This document shows positions 55,875-62,431 of a stretch of 62,431 nucleotides of DNA, one piece after another. The notes beneath the pieces were generated by a model that saw only the letters and a program-made list of their open reading frames with translations, made no database searches and was not told the DNA's origin. This DNA comes from Bacteroidota bacterium (lineage in GTDB: Bacteria > Bacteroidota > Bacteroidia > Chitinophagales > JADIYW01): the NCBI GenBank assembly GCA_039797705.1, contig JBDKHK010000035.1, forward strand, positions 1-62,431, read 5' to 3'. Position 1 is the stretch's first letter. Each line of letters opens with the position of its first letter. Position numbers and translations under genes: made by a program.

Positions 55875-58049
55875 ATGGCAATCATTGGAAAAATCAGACA
55901 ACGCTCGTGGATATTGGTAGGCTTTATAGCAATCGCATTAATCATTTTCATAGCAGAAGCTGCATTAGAAAGAAATTCATTATTTGGTGGAGGTGGCGAT
56001 AAAAATTCTGTAGGACAAATTGGAGGCTCTTCCGTCTCTGCTCAAGAATTTAGCACCAAAGTAACTAATTATGAAGAAGCTCTAAAAATGCTCAACCCTG
56101 GCATTCAGCTAAACGACCAAACACAATCTCAAATTCAAGAAGAAGTATGGAACTCCATCGCTTCAGAACGCCTATTGAGCGATTCTTATAAATCATTAGG
56201 ATTAAATATTTCGGAAGCAGAAATGGGCGAACTGATGTGGGGAGCACAACCACACCCATTAGCACAACGTTTCTTAATGAAAATTCGAGAAGTAAGCCCA
56301 GATATTATTAACCAACAAACAGGACAATTAAATCAGGGAAAAATCCGTGAATTTATTACCAATATTGACAAAATAGACAAACAAAACAATACCAACTTCC
56401 GTGAAATGTTGGGACGCATCGAAGAACTCATAAAAGACGACCAAATAAAGCAAAAATATGCATCATTAGTCGCACAGTCTTTTTATATGCCTACTTTTAT
56501 GGCAAAAGAAATTGTCAATGCTGGCAGAAGCGCTAAAATAGATTTCGTAAGCGTACCTTATTCTTCTTTACCAGATGATAAATACAAAGTATCGGATGAT
56601 GAAATTAACCAATACTTGAAAGCTAATAAAACAAAATTTGAACAAACAGCAGCACGTATCGTAGATATAGTATCTTTTGACATTCTTCCATCGGCAGAAG
56701 ATACAGTACAAGCAATACAAAAAATTAATAAATTACGAGAAGAATTCGTAGCAGCAGCTCCCAAAGACTCTGCCTTTATTGCCCGTAATTCTCAACAAGG
56801 TACAAATACAGAATATTTATCCAAAGAAGATTTATTGAGAAACCAACGCAGCAATGCAGACAATATTCTCTCTTTACCAGTAGGAACACTTACAAATGTT
56901 TATGAAGAAGGTTCTTATTATGTATTTACAAAAATTATGGATAGACGCACAGCACCAGATAGCGTTCGTGCAGCACACATCTTATTATCAGAAGGAAAAA
57001 AGACAGACGACGAAATAAAAGCAGCGAATGTATTAGCAGATAGCTTAATTAAAGTTATTCAATCTAACACAAAAACATTTGGACAAGTAGCTGCAGAAAG
57101 CTCTTTAGACAAAGGCTCTGCAGAAAAAGGAGGTGATTTAGGCTATTTTACGCGCGGTCAAATGGTGAAAGAATTCAATGATAAAGTATTCTATAGCAAC
57201 ATGACACCCGGGCAAATTGTAAAAGTTCAAACAAATTACGGATTGCATATCATCTTACTAATAGATGCAAAACATCCACAAGCAGTAACCAAATTTGCTG
57301 ACTTTGTAGTAGAATTAGCCCCAAGCAGCGAAACAGAAAAAATAGCTTATGATAAAGCAGCAGATTTCTTACAAAAAAACCAAACGCCTGCTGAATTTGA
57401 TAAGGCTGCTAAATCAGAAAATTTAGTAAAAAATATTCAACTTACACAAAATATGGTGGATGTTCCACAAGTAGGCTCCGCCCGCAAGTTGGTACAATGG
57501 GCTTTTCAACAAGATAAACCAGGCGTAATCAGTGATTTTGATAACGAAACAAAATACATGATTGCAAAACTGAATAAAGTAATACCAAAAGGATTGCCCA
57601 AAGCAGAAGATGTACGCGAAGAAATATCTGCCCTTGTTAGAGATGAGAAAAAAGGTAAAGACTTAGTAAAAGAATTAAATGCAGCAGCAGCCGGCACAAC
57701 AGACCTAAGAGCAATTGCTGCAAAAGTAAAAGATGCTACCGTTACAGATACTGCCACGGTTAGATTTTCATCAACCTTTGTACCGAACGCAGGCAATGAA
57801 CCCGCTTTAGTGGGAACAGCTTTCGGTCTGCCAGCAGGAAAAACATCAAAAGCAGTAGCCGGCGAAAAAATAGCGTTTATCGTTCAACCAAAATCAGTAG
57901 AAGAAAACGCACCAGACGTAGCTCAGGATATCAATGGCTTAAAACAACAAATGCAAAGTATGTATATCAGCCGTTTAAACTTCCAAGGTATTTTTAATTC
58001 AATACTTAAAAATGCTAACGTAACAGATACCCGTTATAAATTCTATTAA
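55875..58049 (+). CDS. PpiD-like periplasmic chaperone / parvulin-type peptidyl-prolyl isomerase
   Basis: N-terminal anchor (MAIIGKIRQRSWILVGFIAIALIIF, typical of PpiD), a SurA-N-like region, and a parvulin domain (VRAAHILL...GGDLGYFTRGQMVKEFNDKVF...GLHIILL). Confidence 0.75.
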   Translation: MAIIGKIRQRSWILVGFIAIALIIFIAEAALERNSLFGGGGDKNSVGQIGGSSVSAQEFSTKVTNYEEALKMLNPGIQLNDQTQSQIQEEVWNSIASERLLSDSYKSLGLNISEAEMGELMWGAQPHPLAQRFLMKIREVSPDIINQQTGQLNQGKIREFITNIDKIDKQNNTNFREMLGRIEELIKDDQIKQKYASLVAQSFYMPTFMAKEIVNAGRSAKIDFVSVPYSSLPDDKYKVSDDEINQYLKANKTKFEQTAARIVDIVSFDILPSAEDTVQAIQKINKLREEFVAAAPKDSAFIARNSQQGTNTEYLSKEDLLRNQRSNADNILSLPVGTLTNVYEEGSYYVFTKIMDRRTAPDSVRAAHILLSEGKKTDDEIKAANVLADSLIKVIQSNTKTFGQVAAESSLDKGSAEKGGDLGYFTRGQMVKEFNDKVFYSNMTPGQIVKVQTNYGLHIILLIDAKHPQAVTKFADFVVELAPSSETEKIAYDKAADFLQKNQTPAEFDKAAKSENLVKNIQLTQNMVDVPQVGSARKLVQWAFQQDKPGVISDFDNETKYMIAKLNKVIPKGLPKAEDVREEISALVRDEKKGKDLVKELNAAAAGTTDLRAIAAKVKDATVTDTATVRFSSTFVPNAGNEPALVGTAFGLPAGKTSKAVAGEKIAFIVQPKSVEENAPDVAQDINGLKQQMQSMYISRLNFQGIFNSILKNANVTDTRYKFY

Positions 58050-58073
58050 CAACAACTTTTATCCTATATATTT

Positions 58074-58107
58074 AAAAGCAGAAATTTTAATTTCTGCTTT
58101 TTTTATT
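58074..58107 (+). terminator. Rho-independent terminator
   Basis: Stem of 12 perfect bp, aaagcagaaatt / aatttctgcttt, with a 2-nt loop. A T7 run follows. It lies 25 nt after the PpiD-like stop. Confidence 0.75.
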
Positions 58108-58149
58108 TATCTTTAAATAAATCTGCATTTTTAACCTAAATAGATAAAA

Positions 58150-58962
58150 ATGAAAAAACACTTTTATTTTTTACTGCTTGCAATGGTTGCAATGGTATCT
58201 TGCAAAAAAGAAGAAAAACTTTCGTATTTATTTGAAGGGAAAATAAGAACAATTACGGATGCGCGTAATGCTGCCGCACCATCTACTTTTTTCTGCTTCT
58301 ATGATTCTATTACTCAAAAGCTCTCCAGAATTGAAATGACTTATGATACCACCAAAGCAACTAGAGATGGCGTATTTGTTATAACATATCAAGATGATTT
58401 TGTTTATATAAATAAGAACCTAAAAATAAAAGTAAATCAACTGCAAATCTTAGAAATGTTCAGTGTTGACACGACAAGTCACACGGATTACTCTATGTTA
58501 AAGGTATATTTGACAGGAAACAAAGTAGATTCTATATATGAACCAGGAGTGTTGTTGGCAAACTCAAATATTCGTAGCAATCATTTTGAATATACAAATG
58601 GAAATTGTACTAAACTAACCATGTCGTGGGATTCTAACTCTTTATTTATTCCCAACGGACGACTTAAAGACACCTTGAATTTTACCTTTACAAACTCTAA
58701 AAATAAAAATCAGGCTTGGTATCAAATTCCAAATATGTTGGTTACAGTAGGCTTTACCAATGTAACTGCTTTTCTTTTACAAATGGCAGGATATCACATG
58801 CTTCCTGTAAATAATAATTTAATTGATAGCTTTACCAATAGAAATTCAACAACTAAATATTCTTATGAATTTTTTGACAATCAAAATATTAAAAAAGTAA
58901 CTATGGAAAAAACAGAAGGAGCTGTTAAAACGACCAGCTACCAATCCATGACTTACTTTTAG
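58150..58962 (+). CDS. Hypothetical lipoprotein (paralog of 28588-29448)
   Basis: Lipobox LLLAMVAMVSC. Collinear motif similarity to the 28588 protein (see that entry). Confidence 0.5.
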   Translation: MKKHFYFLLLAMVAMVSCKKEEKLSYLFEGKIRTITDARNAAAPSTFFCFYDSITQKLSRIEMTYDTTKATRDGVFVITYQDDFVYINKNLKIKVNQLQILEMFSVDTTSHTDYSMLKVYLTGNKVDSIYEPGVLLANSNIRSNHFEYTNGNCTKLTMSWDSNSLFIPNGRLKDTLNFTFTNSKNKNQAWYQIPNMLVTVGFTNVTAFLLQMAGYHMLPVNNNLIDSFTNRNSTTKYSYEFFDNQNIKKVTMEKTEGAVKTTSYQSMTYF

Positions 58963-59059
58963 GAATACCAATACTTTATTTTTTAAAATAATTAAATACT
59001 AATAAACAGAAAACTAATTTTCTGTTCTGCGTGTTAGATAAGTACATTTCAATAATATT

Positions 59060-59569
59060 ATGACAGAACAACTCATCAATAAAGTAGCGCAAAGCGGATT
59101 AATCACTTTGGATTTAGAAACATTTTTTCCTCAGCAAGAGATGGTGGCTATTGACATAAAAGATTTTTTATTTCGTGGATTGTTATTAAAAGAATTGGAG
59201 TTTAGAAATGCATTAAAGCAACAAGATTGGAGTTTTTATCACAATAAAACGGTGGCTGTTTTTTGCAGTACAGATGCCATCTTACCGCAATGGGCTTTTA
59301 TGTTAGTTGCCTCTTATTTACAACCACACACCGAACATATATATTTTGGAACAACGGAAGAAGTGGTACAAAAATTGTTCTTACAAAATGTAAAAGCACT
59401 CGATGCTTCTCCATATAAAGACGAAAAAATTGTTATAAAAGGATGTGGTACCAAAACAGTAACAGGCGAAGCTTATTTGGAAATTACCAAAAAATTACAA
59501 CCGGTGGTAAAATCGTTGATGTTTGGTGAGCCATGTTCTACCGTACCGATTTACAAAAACAAAGCATAA
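59060..59569 (+). CDS. DUF2480-like protein
   Basis: 169 aa. The N-terminus INKVAQSGLITLDLETFFP matches my recollection of the DUF2480 family. No signal peptide. Confidence 0.5.
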   Translation: MTEQLINKVAQSGLITLDLETFFPQQEMVAIDIKDFLFRGLLLKELEFRNALKQQDWSFYHNKTVAVFCSTDAILPQWAFMLVASYLQPHTEHIYFGTTEEVVQKLFLQNVKALDASPYKDEKIVIKGCGTKTVTGEAYLEITKKLQPVVKSLMFGEPCSTVPIYKNKA

Positions 59570-59604
59570 ATACATTTCTAAAATCAAAAAGAATTAAGCA
59601 TTTT

Positions 59605-60534
59605 ATGAAACAAAAAACGATATTTTTTATTACAGGAATTTTATCCTTTGCCGCTATTCTTTTATTTATAAGAGCATCTACAGATAGTGCAGACAAATAT
59701 TTTCCGTTTGTAAAGAAGAGCGCTAAAGAAGAAAATTTAGCCTTGCCTTTGCAAAATGCTTTTGCCGTAAAATTCCCCAATAGTATTTCCTTTGCAGGCG
59801 AAAGTGTACCTTTGGATGACCCCGAAGTGCGCGAACGATTAGATAGAGAACTAACCGTAAATTCTTACTGGCAATCTTCTACTATTATTATGCTGAAAAG
59901 AGCCAATCGTTTTTTCCCTATCATAGAAAAAATATTAAAAGAAGACAGCGTTCCTGATGATTTTAAATACTTGTGCTTGGCAGAAAGTGGATTAGATAAT
60001 GTTGTTTCATCCGCTGGCGCAGCAGGGTTTTGGCAGTTTATGAAAGCAACAGCAGAACAACATGGATTATTGGTAAACACAGAGATAGATGAGCGTTATA
60101 ATTTAGAAAAAGCTACACACATGGCTGGTGATTATTTAAAGAAAGCTAAAGAAAAATCAGGCTCTTGGACGGCGGCAGCTGCTTCTTATAACATGGGAAT
60201 TGCGGGATTAAACAAACAACAAACCTTACAAGGTGAACAAGAATATTATCATCTTTGGTTAAATACAGAAACCAGCCGATATGTACAACGAATTATTGCA
60301 CTAAAAATCATTCATCAACATCAAAAAGATTATGGGTTTTATCTAACAAAAGACGATTTATATCCAGAATTAAAATATACTACACAACAAGTTTCGGGCA
60401 ATGTAAATTGGATAAGTTTCGCCCAACAAAATAATATCAGTTATAAATTATTGCGTATTTATAATCCATGGATTCGAGATTATAATCTAATTAATAAGGA
60501 GAAAAAAACGTATGAAGTTAAAATTCCAGCATAA
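59605..60534 (+). CDS. Lytic transglycosylase (SLT domain), membrane-anchored
   Basis: TM anchor MKQKTIFFITGILSFAAILLFI. Catalytic Glu context CLAESGLDNVVSSAGAAGFWQFM, and AASYNMG. ATG at 59605 is preferred over the overlapping upstream start. Confidence 0.75.
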   Translation: MKQKTIFFITGILSFAAILLFIRASTDSADKYFPFVKKSAKEENLALPLQNAFAVKFPNSISFAGESVPLDDPEVRERLDRELTVNSYWQSSTIIMLKRANRFFPIIEKILKEDSVPDDFKYLCLAESGLDNVVSSAGAAGFWQFMKATAEQHGLLVNTEIDERYNLEKATHMAGDYLKKAKEKSGSWTAAAASYNMGIAGLNKQQTLQGEQEYYHLWLNTETSRYVQRIIALKIIHQHQKDYGFYLTKDDLYPELKYTTQQVSGNVNWISFAQQNNISYKLLRIYNPWIRDYNLINKEKKTYEVKIPA

Positions 60535-60557
60535 TTTTTTTGAAATTTTCTTTAGCA

Positions 60558-61685
60558 TTAATTAAAATATCGCCGCAGCTTCATAAAAGGTTTTTCTATT
60601 AGCTCGTAGCAAATGAAAGAACAAATTAGCAATGCAGTAATAGAAATAATGAATATTGCTATCGGTTGTTTTATATGAATACCAAAACAAATTTTAATAG
60701 AAAAATCAATCACAATTTGATTAAGAACATATAAACTGTAAGTTGCTTTTCCTAAATAATTCAACTGCTTTTGGTCTAATTTTAAAATAGAATTTTTATC
60801 AAACGCTAAATTATAAATAATGACCGCACAACACGGAATTACAATTATGTGCTTTAAAAAAATAACATGCTGATTAGGTATTACAGCAATTAAAAATGGA
60901 ACAATTAAGCATACCCATTGGGTAGATTTTTTGACTAAAAAAAGATGTGTTTTTTGAAACCTGCTTTCTTCTAAATGCAAGAAATAATAAGCGATGATAC
61001 CTCCAAAAGCAAAAGCTCCAAACCGAGTATAATCCAAAAATTTGGCGATATTAGTAAGCGTTTCATTTTGATTGTGATAGTAAAAATTACCCACCAAAAC
61101 GAACCCTATTAACAACAAGCAATAGAACACATAAACACCATAGAATGTATTCAAATATTTCTTAGTTCCATACAGTATTATTGGCCATAGAATATAAAAT
61201 TGCTCCTCCGCACCTATTGACCAAAAATTAGAAATATGAGGTATATTTTTATCTATAGCATGCGCCCAATTAGGTATCATAAAAAAATAATACCTCGCAC
61301 GTTCTGTGAGTTCTGAACACAACTCCAGGCTACTAATATCAGGATTTAAGCAGGCTTTTCGATATAGAAAATACATACCCAATACGGCTAAATAATACAT
61401 CGGTAAAATTCTAAATGCTCTGCGTAAATAAAATCGCTTGAAGCGTACTACTCCATTTTTTTCTTTATCAATCAATAAAATATAGGTAATCAAAAAACCA
61501 CTCAATACAAAAAAAGCAGTCATAAAAATTTGCCCTAATTGCACCGCAGCTAATAAACCTAATCCCTCATACTCCAAAGTGTTCGTTACATTGAGTGTAT
61601 ATAAAACATAAAAATGCACCAATGTAACATACATTGCCATTATGCCTCGCAAAGCATCTAAATGTTTAAATTCACTTTTTATCAT
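60558..61685 (-). CDS. Acyltransferase family 3 membrane protein
   Basis: 375 aa with about 10 TM helices. The N-terminus is HLDALRGIMAMYVTLVHF. Confidence 0.7.
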   Translation of the reverse strand: MIKSEFKHLDALRGIMAMYVTLVHFYVLYTLNVTNTLEYEGLGLLAAVQLGQIFMTAFFVLSGFLITYILLIDKEKNGVVRFKRFYLRRAFRILPMYYLAVLGMYFLYRKACLNPDISSLELCSELTERARYYFFMIPNWAHAIDKNIPHISNFWSIGAEEQFYILWPIILYGTKKYLNTFYGVYVFYCLLLIGFVLVGNFYYHNQNETLTNIAKFLDYTRFGAFAFGGIIAYYFLHLEESRFQKTHLFLVKKSTQWVCLIVPFLIAVIPNQHVIFLKHIIVIPCCAVIIYNLAFDKNSILKLDQKQLNYLGKATYSLYVLNQIVIDFSIKICFGIHIKQPIAIFIISITALLICSFICYELIEKPFMKLRRYFN

Positions 61686-62394
61686 TTACAGAATTGCGCA
61701 CTAAATAATAATATGGACAATCTTTTACAAACTCGTAATGATAGCCATAAGTATATGGATTTTTTATAAAGGTATGCCACGTGGCATCATTGTTTAAACT
61801 TGGGCTATAATTTATACAATTATTTACTAAGATAAAATCTGGCTTGTGGTATTCTAAAATGGTACTGAATGGTATATCTTTAGTTTTATCAAACATGGTA
61901 TTAATCTCTTTGAAGTTATTGGGCAAAAACCCTATGAAGTAATGAATGTCTGCAAAAAACATGTATTGCTTATTTTTGTCTAAATGCATGTTTTTAATAT
62001 GTTCTAATGCCTTTCGGGAGCACATATTATTTTTATCATGATCGGTAAGGAAAAAAGAAAAATACTTAGAAGAGGAGAGAAATGGAATAAAAACAAGTGC
62101 TAATACTAGCAAATATTTGTTTGAATTTAAAAAGGAAAATTGCCGAACAAATATGCTAAAGAGCAAAGCCAAAGGAACAATAAACAAAAAGTAATTTAGC
62201 AAAATATAATGCTCTCGCGGAAAAATAACGATAGATGAAATGAAAGTAGGCAACCCCCAAATCATTAGCATAATTAAAAAAAATACCTGTGATTTTAATG
62301 ATTGTAAAAAAGATTGACGTATATTTTTAAAAAATAATAATACAATAGAGAATAAAAAAACAGATACAGAGCCCGCAAAATACATTTTATTCAT
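61672..62394 (-). CDS. Hypothetical membrane protein
   Basis: 240 aa with 4 N-terminal TM helices and then a soluble region. It overlaps the downstream acyltransferase gene by 14 nt (same operon). Confidence 0.4.
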   Translation of the reverse strand: MNKMYFAGSVSVFLFSIVLLFFKNIRQSFLQSLKSQVFFLIMLMIWGLPTFISSIVIFPREHYILLNYFLFIVPLALLFSIFVRQFSFLNSNKYLLVLALVFIPFLSSSKYFSFFLTDHDKNNMCSRKALEHIKNMHLDKNKQYMFFADIHYFIGFLPNNFKEINTMFDKTKDIPFSTILEYHKPDFILVNNCINYSPSLNNDATWHTFIKNPYTYGYHYEFVKDCPYYYLVRNSVNDKK

Positions 62395-62431
62395 TCCGAA
62401 TAAATAAGGAGATATAATAGCTAAATTTTTG

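Noticed and set aside
1-62431. Looked for rRNA/tRNA genes, CRISPR arrays, IS elements, integrases and prophage genes.
   Set aside because: The largest non-coding gaps are only about 170-190 nt (1118-1295, 26912-27084, 40094-40281). They are AT-rich, with no GC-rich cloverleaf-like segment. No repeat-spacer periodicity was seen, and no ORF has transposase, integrase or phage motifs.

Overview
This is 62.4 kb of low-GC chromosomal DNA that looks like Bacteroidota. The evidence is a gldA-gldF-gldG gliding-motility ABC transporter, a full Bat aerotolerance operon, many SpII-type lipoproteins, and recurring TAnnTTTG -7 promoter boxes just upstream of genes. The window is densely coding (about 50 genes) and mostly core housekeeping.

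Gene content in order:
- Bat operon: MoxR ATPase, DUF58 protein, a membrane protein, then BatA-E.
- murB, nadB and deoC.
- A large M16 peptidase and a secreted NucA/EndoG-type nuclease.
- Two tandem long-chain acyl-CoA ligases.
- A UvrD/PcrA helicase.
- A porin and a GT4 glycosyltransferase.
- gldAFG.
- A 3-gene lipid operon of two acyl-CoA dehydrogenases plus a FATP-type acyl-CoA synthetase.
- A DUF2779 nuclease.
- The conserved block flippase, dut, TPR protein, DUF4292 protein, EnvC-like protein, LptC, CNNM protein and PpiD.
- A lytic transglycosylase and two acyltransferase-3 genes.

I saw no rRNA, tRNA, CRISPR array, transposase, integrase or phage genes.

The most unusual item is a 460-bp cassette at 2288-2747. 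It carries a four-helix-bundle gene of the 23S-rRNA-intervening-sequence-protein family, bounded by a 22/23-bp inverted repeat. It sits exactly in the moxR-DUF58 junction of the Bat operon.

Other points worth a second look:
- An alpha/beta-hydrolase gene that is intact except for one in-frame TAG.
- An acyl-CoA dehydrogenase pair in which one member has lost both the catalytic Glu and the FAD motif, suggesting a heteromer.
- A Cas4-like plus DEDD-like nuclease fusion (DUF2779).
- A nitrilase-superfamily-like protein that lacks the catalytic Cys.

All family assignments come from motif recognition by eye. No database search was run.
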